Origin: Flavobacteriales bacterium
Lineage (GTDB): Bacteria > Bacteroidota > Bacteroidia > Flavobacteriales_F > PHOS-HE28
DNA length: 64,000 bases
Direction of reading: 5' to 3'
Assembly: GCA_016712025.1 (NCBI GenBank)
Contig: JADJRW010000024.1
Coordinates: forward strand, 29,753 to 93,752
The stretch's first letter is position 1. The number at the start of each line of letters is the position of its first letter. Positions 18,294 to 26,929 of the stretch are shown one piece after another. Position numbers and translations under genes: made by a program. The notes below the pieces were generated by a model. The model was not told the DNA's origin and ran no database searches. It saw only the letters and a list, made by a program, of their open reading frames with translations.

Positions 18294-19844
18294 GTGCGCA
18301 AGACCGCCGCATTGCTGTTGATGCATGTTATCCCGTTCGGGGCAACGTTCGGCCAGTACTGGCCGGAGGAGATCGTGCCGCCACCGCTTTCGGTCACAGC
18401 CAATGGGCGGTTCGGGCATTCCATCGCCCTGCAGGATAACTGGTTGTTGGTCGGTGCCCCGGGTGTGGATGCCGGGGTTCCAGGTTCCGGTCTGGCCTAT
18501 TTGTTCGATCGCAACGAGGGTGGTGTGGATGCTTGGGACCTGGTGAAGACGCTTTACCCTCCCTTCCCTGCCTTCGATGCGGGTTTTGGCACGCGGGTGG
18601 AGCTTTTCGGCGATCACGCTTTCGTTGCGGCCCCCACCGATACCTACCTCGGCTATCCGGTGGGTTCGGTGTGCGTTTTCCAGCGTGATCTGGGGGGACC
18701 TGGGAATTGGGGCTTTTTACAGAAGATCCAGTTGGATACCCTCCAGGCAGACCTGGCCTTTGGCGCAGCCATGTACCTGAGCGAAGGCTATGCGTTGATC
18801 GCTTGTCCTGGGTATGATGAGGATCCGGGAGGGCAGGAGGGCCTAGGTGCGGTGGTCCTCTTTTCTCTGAACAGCGCCGGGCTCTTTGAACAAACCCGGT
18901 TCATCCGTGGCGATGCCTTGGTGGATACCGTCACCTTCCGGCCTTGCATCGCCGGAGAACTCACCGTGGTGCAGAACACCTTTGTGCATGCCCGGAACGA
19001 TGGGATCTATTCCTTGAACGCCGACTCGGTCCTCGACGCAACGTTGCCGCTGCCAGTGGCCACCCGCAGCATGCTCACCGACACGTTCGGTCAACCGGCC
19101 AACTCCACTTTCTTCCGGCAGGTGCTTGGGTCGCAAGAACTGGCGGTCATTGGCGTGGTGCCCTATGATCAGAGCGTATTCCCGCGCATGGTATCGTTCA
19201 CGGTGGATGCCCAGCACCAACTCACGCAAGGAGGCCACGCCATTCCGGACACTTCGCTTTCCCAGTTGGAGTACCACGAGTATAGCTGGGGTAGAGCGGC
19301 GGACCTGGAGGGCCACCGGCTGATCGTAGGTGCCTATGGTGATGAGATCTTCACCCCGCTCGGACATGCGGAGGTCTTCGATCATGCCCCAGGCTCGCTT
19401 ACCGGGTGGGAGCGCCAGGCCTATCTCGTACAGCCTGATCCTGCCTTGGGCGATCTTTTCGGATGGTCAGTGACCATAGCGGACGATGTGGTCGCCGTTG
19501 GCGCACCGACCGCGGGTGGAACCGATGAAGGGAAGGTGTATGTGTTCCGCGACCCCTTCGCTACTGTGAACGCCCCCCCCGATGCAACGGCCCCCGGCTT
19601 CACAATAGCTCCGGATCCCATTTCGCGAGCGGAAGGTGTATTGCGCATTGACCTCGGCCCGCGCAACGGGGCGGGTACCGCGACGATCCGCAACGTGCGC
19701 GGCCATGTGATCGCGCACCATGCGTTGCAAGGCTCTGGTACGTTGCCCGTGCATGGGCTCCTGCCCGGCATCTATGTGTTGGAATGGGACCCGGCCGAGC
19801 CACACCTGCAGCGCGAAGCTCAACGCTTCGTCGTAATGCCATAA
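18294..19844 (+). CDS. FG-GAP-like repeat protein (paralog) with T9SS tail
   Basis: GTG at 18294 gives signal (M)RKTAALLLMHVIPFGATFGQ; the ORF track starts at TTG 18252 and there is an ATG at 18321. FGHSIALQDNWLLVGAPGVD...GLAYLFDRNEGGVDAWD and FGWSVTIADDVVAVGAP. C-terminal TIAPDPISRAEGVLRI...GIYVLEW. Confidence 0.8.
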   Translation: MRKTAALLLMHVIPFGATFGQYWPEEIVPPPLSVTANGRFGHSIALQDNWLLVGAPGVDAGVPGSGLAYLFDRNEGGVDAWDLVKTLYPPFPAFDAGFGTRVELFGDHAFVAAPTDTYLGYPVGSVCVFQRDLGGPGNWGFLQKIQLDTLQADLAFGAAMYLSEGYALIACPGYDEDPGGQEGLGAVVLFSLNSAGLFEQTRFIRGDALVDTVTFRPCIAGELTVVQNTFVHARNDGIYSLNADSVLDATLPLPVATRSMLTDTFGQPANSTFFRQVLGSQELAVIGVVPYDQSVFPRMVSFTVDAQHQLTQGGHAIPDTSLSQLEYHEYSWGRAADLEGHRLIVGAYGDEIFTPLGHAEVFDHAPGSLTGWERQAYLVQPDPALGDLFGWSVTIADDVVAVGAPTAGGTDEGKVYVFRDPFATVNAPPDATAPGFTIAPDPISRAEGVLRIDLGPRNGAGTATIRNVRGHVIAHHALQGSGTLPVHGLLPGIYVLEWDPAEPHLQREAQRFVVMP

Positions 19845-19849
19845 GACCG

Positions 19850-21178
19850 ATGATCGGACGGATCCGTTGTTCAACCATCCCCTGCCTGCTGGCTATCTGG
19901 GCCTATGTGCCGCATTGCGCCGCACAACTCTGGCAGTGGGATCGCACAGTAGCTGTGGCGGAGGTCGATACCAGCGCTCATGTTTCCATCGCTGTGGACA
20001 GCGGTATGGTGGCGGTGGCAATAAGCACCGCTCAAGGCGGAACGGTGCAGGTGCGTGCACGCCATCAAGGCGGTCAGGACCAATGGAACGACCTCTTCGA
20101 GGTGAACGACACCACACCTTGGTTCGGTTGGTCCGTGGCATTGCGGAACAAGCGGTTGACCATTGGTTCGCCTCAGAGCAACGCCAATGGTCCGAACGCG
20201 GGCGAGGTTCATATGTACCAGCTGGATATCGATGATCCTTTCGATCCGGTCATCGATCTCGGGCCGCTCAACCCTGCGGTGGCCGCGCCGGGCGATCTCT
20301 TCGGTTACGCCCAATGCTGGGCGGGTGATACGTTGGTGATCTCCGCGCCGGGCCGTTCGTTCTTCCGTGCCACTGGGGCGGTGTTCCTGTTCGCGGGTTC
20401 CGCGACCGGTGCGTCGGAGATCGGAACGCTTGCGGCCGATCCCTTGCAGGACCAGATCCCTTTTGTGCGGTGGTTCGGAGGGGCGCTCGCATCCACTGGG
20501 GATCGGTTGGCCATCGCCTCTCCTTTTAGCGGCTTCGAGCCGGGACTGGCCCAGCAGAACATCGGCTCTCTCCACCTTTTCCAACGCGATGCGAACGTGC
20601 CGGAGGGCTGGGCGAGGGATACTGTGGCGTTCGATCCATCACCTGATACCGCGAGCGGATGTGATCTCAAATGGATGGAACTGGGGCGCGCGGGAATGTT
20701 CTTCGCTGATGGTGATCTTGTTCTGGACCACTCCGCGCGATATGCCGGTGTGCCTGGCGTTGCGTTCGGATCCTGGCTCGTGCATCAGCAGGAACAAGGT
20801 GCCTGCCCGGAGTGTGGCCTAAGGATACTGGACGCACAAACGCCCGGTGAAATAGGCAGCGCGGTCCCCTTGGTCCTGGATAGCAACCAGTACCGCCGTG
20901 CCTTTTACGGTTGGTCCGCTTTCGGCGACCGCATACTACTGGAGCGGTTCGACCCGATCGGGTCCGCGTGGAGCACCGCGGTCCATGCGCGGGATACCGG
21001 CGGCATCGGTATGTGGGGTGTGGAACAAGTTCTGCCCGAGTTGGAGCCCTGCGACGATCTGCGTGGCCCCATCGCTTGTAACAGCACCTTCCTCGTTCGC
21101 ACGTCCTTGCGCAGGGATCCCGGTTGCGGTGTTCCCGCCGGATCGATGCGTGTGGAACTGCAGATCTACCTGCCTTGA
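19850..21178 (+). CDS. FG-GAP-like repeat protein (divergent paralog), no recognisable T9SS tail
   Basis: ATG 6 nt after the previous TAA. Signal MIGRIRCSTIPCLLAIWAYVPHCAAQ. FGWSVALRNKRLTIGSPQSNANGPNAGEVHMYQ, FGYAQCWAGDTLVISAPG and FGGALASTGDRLAIASP. Confidence 0.8.
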   Translation: MIGRIRCSTIPCLLAIWAYVPHCAAQLWQWDRTVAVAEVDTSAHVSIAVDSGMVAVAISTAQGGTVQVRARHQGGQDQWNDLFEVNDTTPWFGWSVALRNKRLTIGSPQSNANGPNAGEVHMYQLDIDDPFDPVIDLGPLNPAVAAPGDLFGYAQCWAGDTLVISAPGRSFFRATGAVFLFAGSATGASEIGTLAADPLQDQIPFVRWFGGALASTGDRLAIASPFSGFEPGLAQQNIGSLHLFQRDANVPEGWARDTVAFDPSPDTASGCDLKWMELGRAGMFFADGDLVLDHSARYAGVPGVAFGSWLVHQQEQGACPECGLRILDAQTPGEIGSAVPLVLDSNQYRRAFYGWSAFGDRILLERFDPIGSAWSTAVHARDTGGIGMWGVEQVLPELEPCDDLRGPIACNSTFLVRTSLRRDPGCGVPAGSMRVELQIYLP

Positions 21179-21196
21179 TCGCTGCGGGTGCTGTGA

Positions 21197-22822
21197 TCAG
21201 TGCAGCACCATCAACCTTGCGGATCCTTCGACCGCATCACCCTTGCCGAGGGTGATCATGTAACAGCCGCTGGGCATCGACCCCACATCCAATACCAGGC
21301 GATCCACTGGGCTGCCCGGGACGACCTGCGCAGGGGTCGTGCGTCCCAGCGCATCGGTGATCCAAACGTTCACCACGCTCCCATCCACACGGTGTATTGT
21401 TGCGAGGTCGTGGGCGGGGTTCGGTGCGATCATCAGGAGGGGCGTACCCAACTCATCGATATGCGTGGTGTGGATGATGAAGATCGAATCCGTCACCACG
21501 CTCGTTACACAAGCGATGGGATCGTTGAAATTCGCCAACGTGATGGTGATGGTGACCCAACCATCCGTGGCAAAGGCCGTGTACAATGAATCATTGTACA
21601 CCCCGGAACCGGTGGCGAACCAAGCGCTCACCAACGTATCACCCGTTTGCGCGTTTATCGGGTCGCCCAGATAGATCACCGTATCGGTGCTGAGGGTGTC
21701 GAAGGGTAGATCGTAAAGCAATTCCAGGGGTGCGGCTTGGTTCGGTCGCCATAACAGCAGGCCCGTGGTGTCCTCCACCGCACCGATCAGCAGGTCCTCC
21801 AGGCCATCTCCGTTCAGATCCGCCAGCGCTGTGCGCGAATGGAGCGGAGGTAGGTCCGTGAGGTTGTAAAGCACGGTGATGTTGTTCAGTTTGCTGGTCT
21901 TCACGGGTGGGTAGATCGCCGAACTGACCAAGACCTCCGGAACGGAGTCACAATCCCAATTCGCGATGCTCTGGTAGGTGAAGGGTTGCGGTAGTTGGCT
22001 CGGTGTGTCCAACCAACCAGCACCATTGGAGAACAGGGCACGCCCGCCGAAAGCGACATCGTGGTACACATCCTCGTTCAGATGGACACCCGCCAACCCG
22101 GTCGGTACGTTCACATTTCCCCACGGCGAGGAAGCCACCATCGGCGGGCCGAACCGTGCGTTGCCCAGGTTCCATAGTGCATAGAAGCGCTGCTCCGAAT
22201 AAACGCGCGCTATCAGGTCGAGGTCGGAATCGCCATCGATGTCCCCCACCGCATAGGGTCCTTGCACAGGCTGGCACCAATAGGGGATGGTATCCCGGGC
22301 GTACGCGTTGTTGCCCAAGTTGCGGTACCAGATCTCCCCATCGTTTCCCTGCAAGCTCAAAGCGTCCTGCAGGCCGTCTCCGTCCAGATCGGCGAACTGG
22401 GTGAGCGTGCGTGTGGCGGCGATGTGCGTATCGATGACCTCGGTCGCGAAGGTTCCCGCATTGTTCCGAAGGAGCACCACCAGGCTGTCGGTGTATGGTG
22501 CGAGCGTTACGCCGATCATATCACCATCACCATCGTTATCCGCGTCGCCCACCAGATCGATGGTGAGGTGGAACGGGTTCGCGGTGAGGTAGTCCGCAGG
22601 GTCGAACGTGCCATCGCCCTGGTTACGCATCCAGAGGATCGAGTCTTCGAAAGGGGTGGTGAGGATCAGGTCGATGTGCCCATCCTGGTCGTAGTCGAGT
22701 GTTTTCGGGAAGGCGCAGTTCACGCAGAGCGTATCGTTCGGTGGGGCGAACTGCGCGGAAAGCGGAGCACATGAGAGCGCACTGATAAGGATCGAACGGA
22801 AGCGAGCGCGGCGAAAGGGCAT
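21197..22822 (-). CDS. VCBS/FG-GAP (DxDGDG) repeat protein with T9SS tail; last gene of a four-gene operon
   Basis: Signal MPFRRARFRSILISALSCAPLSAQ. LDYDQDGHIDLIL, GDADNDGDGDMIG, FADLDGDGLQDAL, GDIDGDSDLDLI and LADLNGDGLEDLL. C-terminal MIAPNPAHDLATIHRV...GCYMITL. Alternative starts: ATG 22870 and GTG 22882, the latter overlapping the upstream stop as GTGA. Confidence 0.85.
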   Translation of the reverse strand: MPFRRARFRSILISALSCAPLSAQFAPPNDTLCVNCAFPKTLDYDQDGHIDLILTTPFEDSILWMRNQGDGTFDPADYLTANPFHLTIDLVGDADNDGDGDMIGVTLAPYTDSLVVLLRNNAGTFATEVIDTHIAATRTLTQFADLDGDGLQDALSLQGNDGEIWYRNLGNNAYARDTIPYWCQPVQGPYAVGDIDGDSDLDLIARVYSEQRFYALWNLGNARFGPPMVASSPWGNVNVPTGLAGVHLNEDVYHDVAFGGRALFSNGAGWLDTPSQLPQPFTYQSIANWDCDSVPEVLVSSAIYPPVKTSKLNNITVLYNLTDLPPLHSRTALADLNGDGLEDLLIGAVEDTTGLLLWRPNQAAPLELLYDLPFDTLSTDTVIYLGDPINAQTGDTLVSAWFATGSGVYNDSLYTAFATDGWVTITITLANFNDPIACVTSVVTDSIFIIHTTHIDELGTPLLMIAPNPAHDLATIHRVDGSVVNVWITDALGRTTPAQVVPGSPVDRLVLDVGSMPSGCYMITLGKGDAVEGSARLMVLH

Positions 22823-22878
22823 GGAGAAGAACACGGGAGTTCTGTCGATCGAGCGGCGGTAATTGCCCATGCGCGGGA

Positions 22879-24192
22879 TCACTGCAACACAACACGGAAC
22901 GTATGCACGAAGCTCGCGTTGAGGTAGGGATGTTGGCTGCCGATCAGGACGCGTTCGCCTCCTTCGCTGAAGATCCCGATGGCGCGCAGGCCCTGGCCGG
23001 GGATCACGGTGGTGGTGGTGCCGGGCTCCAACCCGGGGGATCCCAGACCTACCACTTCAAGATCGCTGGTGATGTCGCCCTCGAAAAAGGGCTGTAACGC
23101 GCTGCTCTCATGCACTTGGGTCACAAGCTCCAGACTTCCGTTGTGCAGCCCGGCACAATAGCTCGCTACCGGTCGATCGGCGGAGGAAAGCCCCGTGAGA
23201 ACACGCGGGCCATTGTTCACTTCGTTCGCATTGGCGAAGCGCGCTACCAAGGGTTTGATCGTGTTCGCATCGCTCGGGTCGGGTCGGTGACCCACGAGCA
23301 GGAAGGCATCACCGAGCCACTGCAGTTGTTGTGGTTCGGCGTTCATGATGGGCTGATTGTCCGCTTGAAGTGTGTTGCTCCCTGCAGCGATCCATCCGCC
23401 CGTGGCGGCGCTGAAGCCGATGGCACCCAGCGTATGGGAGGTCCCTGGCTGGCTTTGGTCCACGAGTAGCACGGCGTGGTCGTTCCCCGGATCGCAGCTC
23501 AAAGCGTGCAAACGATCGTCCGCGCTGTTCAGCGCGATGTCGGTTTGGGTGTTCACATCGGTGTTGCCGTTGGTGCCGAAGCGGAACAATCGGACGCCCG
23601 CAGCGCTGGAGGTCTCCCATCGGGCAGCCACCACCAGCGAACCGTTCATTGGTTCGCACAGTGCTCGAATCCGCGGCAGGCCGTCCAGATCACGCGTAGC
23701 GCCATCGATGTTCACCTGCACCACTCCTCCGGAGATGAGGTAGCGGCGGTAGGGTGCGCCGATGGAACTGCCATCGCGTGCGATGTGGTGGACGATCACA
23801 TGCAGCCGGTCCTCGAGTTCCACTTGACGGCCGATCCCCACCACCAGGATGGATCCATCGCTCTGAGGCGCGAAGTCAGTGTACAAAAGTTCGTTTTGCT
23901 GGAAGGTGATGTTCTCCGCCGTGCGCGGAGTGCGTTCGGATCGATACGTGTTCCCAAGATCCCCTTCGGCGTTCATCAATTGCAGAAAGGAAGTTCGGCG
24001 ATCCACAGGGGAACTCTTGCATAGCAGGATCTGTCCGCCCCAGGGATCCGCCTTCACTGCCGCACATACCAGTTCGTAGGTACGGTAGCTGCTTATTGGC
24101 GGCGCCTCCTCCTGCGGGTCGTTCTTCCGGCAGGCGCCGAAGAAGAGCGTGCAACACACCAGTGCGAACGTGCTGTATCGTGCGCCCTTCAT
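22879..24192 (-). CDS. Hypothetical lipoprotein
   Basis: 437-aa ORF with lipobox-like N-terminus MKGARYSTFALVCCTLFFGAC. The ATG overlaps the upstream gene's stop (ATGA at 24189-24192). No recognisable catalytic motif. Confidence 0.8.
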   Translation of the reverse strand: MKGARYSTFALVCCTLFFGACRKNDPQEEAPPISSYRTYELVCAAVKADPWGGQILLCKSSPVDRRTSFLQLMNAEGDLGNTYRSERTPRTAENITFQQNELLYTDFAPQSDGSILVVGIGRQVELEDRLHVIVHHIARDGSSIGAPYRRYLISGGVVQVNIDGATRDLDGLPRIRALCEPMNGSLVVAARWETSSAAGVRLFRFGTNGNTDVNTQTDIALNSADDRLHALSCDPGNDHAVLLVDQSQPGTSHTLGAIGFSAATGGWIAAGSNTLQADNQPIMNAEPQQLQWLGDAFLLVGHRPDPSDANTIKPLVARFANANEVNNGPRVLTGLSSADRPVASYCAGLHNGSLELVTQVHESSALQPFFEGDITSDLEVVGLGSPGLEPGTTTTVIPGQGLRAIGIFSEGGERVLIGSQHPYLNASFVHTFRVVLQ

Positions 24193-25283
24193 TTGAAGAT
24201 CCTGTTGTTGGGATGGTAGCGCAACACATACTGCAGTCCGATCGCCACACCACCTCCGGAAAGCGAGAATTTGCCGTCGACCCAGTAGTAGTTGGTGAGC
24301 AACTCGGTCTCGGTATAGGTGGGTTCATTCTTGGTGATCCGATCCAACGCGTAGCGGTAGTGCCCTTCCACGAAGAGGACCACATGCCCCACTTTGTAGC
24401 CTACGCCTAGACCTCCGCCCACCGCGATCTGTTCGGTCTTTCGCTCACTCGCACGTTCCAGGGTTTTCGGGGCCAGGAAGCGCAGGCCGTCGCCCGTGCG
24501 TTCAATATCCGCCGTGGCGCTTTGCAGCAGCATGTAGCTGCCTTCGGCGATCAGGTAAGGCACCCAGGAACAGTTCTTGATCCAGAACATCTTCTTGACG
24601 CCGAGACCCAAGGGAATGAACGTCAGCTTTTCGCCGTAGCGCACCCCCGTGCTGTTGGCCTCCAAGTTCCATTCGCTCCATCCCCCGCTGATGCGCAAGG
24701 CGAGGTTGGGAACCATGTCCCATTCCGCGTGTGCGCCCGTCTCCCAACCCAAGGTGCCTTTGTATTTCGGCGGTGCGTCCGCCTCGAAAACTTCCGGCGG
24801 GTCCTCCAGGTCCAGATCGCTTCGGTGCCCTTCGAAGTGGAGGCCCACACGCCACTGGCCGTGGTCTTTGCGCAGTTGCCCGGGCCCGGCACCACGGCTG
24901 CCCGCCAACCGCTCATAGGTGGTGAAAAGCTCCTCCTTGATGGGCAGGCCCACGATGATCGGATCGTACGGTTTCAGCACATACCCCCGGTCGTTACGGA
25001 ACAGTTGTTCCATACTTCGGCGCATGGCCTTGATGGAATCGTTGCGCGCCTCGATCACCGCCTTGAGGAAGACGATACGTTGCAGTTGGTCCTTGTCTTT
25101 GCGGCACTCCGCACACAGACTATCCAGGAGCACCCAGGCTTCGTTCAGGCGCCCGTCCTGATCATAAAGCGTGTAAGCCCGGCCGTACGCCTGCTCGCAA
25201 CTGGTGGCGTCCTGTGCCCGGGTGCCCAGTGTCAGGACCGCTGCGACAAGGAGCGGCAGTATCCGGGGGGTCAATTCTCGCAT
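24189..25283 (-). CDS. Putative outer-membrane beta-barrel protein with an N-terminal helical domain
   Basis: Signal MRELTPRILPLLVAAVLTLGTRAQ. N-terminal about 120 aa are helical/Cys-containing. The C-terminal about 220 aa show alternating-hydrophobic beta-strand periodicity (RVGLHFEGH, ALRISGGWSEWNL, IAVGGGLGVGYKVGHVVLFVEGHYRYAL, GGGVAIGLQYVLRY). The start overlaps the upstream gene's end by 13 nt. Confidence 0.65.
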   Translation of the reverse strand: MRELTPRILPLLVAAVLTLGTRAQDATSCEQAYGRAYTLYDQDGRLNEAWVLLDSLCAECRKDKDQLQRIVFLKAVIEARNDSIKAMRRSMEQLFRNDRGYVLKPYDPIIVGLPIKEELFTTYERLAGSRGAGPGQLRKDHGQWRVGLHFEGHRSDLDLEDPPEVFEADAPPKYKGTLGWETGAHAEWDMVPNLALRISGGWSEWNLEANSTGVRYGEKLTFIPLGLGVKKMFWIKNCSWVPYLIAEGSYMLLQSATADIERTGDGLRFLAPKTLERASERKTEQIAVGGGLGVGYKVGHVVLFVEGHYRYALDRITKNEPTYTETELLTNYYWVDGKFSLSGGGVAIGLQYVLRYHPNNRIFK

Positions 25284-26929
25284 GCGGGTTCCGGGGTTCC
25301 TTCGCCGATGTACTGATCCCATTCGGTCGCCGTGAGTTCGCGGCCCACCAGCGTACAGATCCGTTGCGCCATGCCTTTGGTGCTGATCAGAACGCGCCGC
25401 ACGGTGCGATCCTCCGAGCCAAGGTAAAGCACATCGGTATTGCCGAACGCCAGCACATTGGGGATGCCCGTCAGCGGGAGGTGCATGGGGGAGGTGGTCC
25501 CCTCCGGATCCACAACGCTCAAGGTGCGCACCGCATCCACCAATGCGATCCGGCCGCCGGGGCCCACGGCCAATACTTCCACCCGCTGCCCGTTGCCCGC
25601 AAAGCGCGTCCGGGTCGAGCGGCTGGTCACATCCAACGCTACCACGGTGCCGCTATGCGTGCCAATGCAAACTTCGCCGGGGGAACCCGGTGCGATGCTG
25701 TGCGCGCGAGCCGCATCACTGAGCGTGGCGGTGGTGAGCGATCCGTCCTTGGAAAGGATCGATATTTTTTCCGTGCCATGGACACCTAGGATCCGATCGT
25801 TGCGCGGCTCCAGCACCAGTGCGCGCACCGTTCCACCGGCTTTGTGCTGTTGAACCATGCGCAACGTCTTGCCCTCCACGGCCCACACCACCAGGTTGCC
25901 TTCGCGATCGCCGCTCACCAACGCGGTGCCATCGGCGAAAGCCGCCATCGCCGTGATGTCCTCGGCGTGCGGTGTCTTCTGTGCGGAGGCGATCACCGCA
26001 CCGTCTTTCGTGGAACAGATGGTGATGGTATGTGCTATGTCGGTCAGGAGCAGAACACCTTGCCCCAGGAAGGCACGTCCACCGGAAGCACCTGCATGCG
26101 CCGAAGCATCCGCAACCACATGCTTGCTCCAACCAGCGGGATCTATGCCGAGCAATTTGCCATCGTTGCCCAGCGCCCAGAGCTCGGCACCATGCATGCG
26201 CAACGCGCGGGGACCGGAGCCCAGCCGGTCCGCACCCGGTGGAGCGGCACGCTCCAATTCGTCCAGTGAACCTTGCAGTGCACGTATCAGTTCATCCTTG
26301 TGGACGTCGCCACCGGCTCTTTCCATGGTGCGCAATGCGTGCAAGGCCATGAGCGCGCGGGGCTGCGGTGCGCCTTTTACGGCCATGCTGTTCTGCGCTA
26401 GCTTGCTTGCCTGCAAGCGGCGGTTGGCCTCGTTCGTCCGTTGCTGTTCCACCGTAATGGAATCGGCACGGGCATCGGCCAGATCACGTTGTGCCTTCTC
26501 TTCAGTGCGCGCTTGTTGTTCGTTCTTCAGCGCGGCCTCCTTCGCGCGTGTTTGTTTTTTCGCTTCCACGGCCTGGGCGATCGCTTCGTTGGAGGCGGCC
26601 TTCTCCGCGTCGTACACGCGCTTCAGCTCCTCGTTGCCTTTCATCAGGTTGTCCAGGTAGGTCTCGGCGAATTCCTTTTGCCGTTCCGCTTGGAACCGTG
26701 CCAGCGAAGAGCGCTCGAGTTCGGCGCGCAAACTATCGCCCTCGGCGCTTAGGGCATGGACTTGTTTCTGAGCGCTCCCCTTGCCGCGAAGTGCCCAGAA
26801 CCCCATCGCGCCAAAGCCCGCCGCCAGGATGGGCCTCTTCGGTTGCGGCACCGATGATGCCACTTCTGATGAGGCCGCATCCGCTGCCGCATTGCCCGCC
26901 GCATGTGCCACCTTGGTGCGCGAAACCAT
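25271..26929 (-). CDS. Membrane-anchored coiled-coil + WD40-like beta-propeller protein
   Basis: Candidate TM ILAAGFGAMGFWAL. A long charged coiled coil (RAELERSSLARFQAERQKEFAETYL...EAALKNEQQARTEEKAQRDLADARAD). Repeated propeller-like blades (GDREGNLVVWAVEG, TVRALVLEPRNDRILGVHG, HSGTVVALDVTS, VEVLAVGPGGRIALVD). Start is uncertain: ATG 26929 or 26806. The ORF part above 26929 is antisense to the neighbouring kinase. Confidence 0.7.
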   Translation of the reverse strand: MVSRTKVAHAAGNAAADAASSEVASSVPQPKRPILAAGFGAMGFWALRGKGSAQKQVHALSAEGDSLRAELERSSLARFQAERQKEFAETYLDNLMKGNEELKRVYDAEKAASNEAIAQAVEAKKQTRAKEAALKNEQQARTEEKAQRDLADARADSITVEQQRTNEANRRLQASKLAQNSMAVKGAPQPRALMALHALRTMERAGGDVHKDELIRALQGSLDELERAAPPGADRLGSGPRALRMHGAELWALGNDGKLLGIDPAGWSKHVVADASAHAGASGGRAFLGQGVLLLTDIAHTITICSTKDGAVIASAQKTPHAEDITAMAAFADGTALVSGDREGNLVVWAVEGKTLRMVQQHKAGGTVRALVLEPRNDRILGVHGTEKISILSKDGSLTTATLSDAARAHSIAPGSPGEVCIGTHSGTVVALDVTSRSTRTRFAGNGQRVEVLAVGPGGRIALVDAVRTLSVVDPEGTTSPMHLPLTGIPNVLAFGNTDVLYLGSEDRTVRRVLISTKGMAQRICTLVGRELTATEWDQYIGEGTPEPACEN

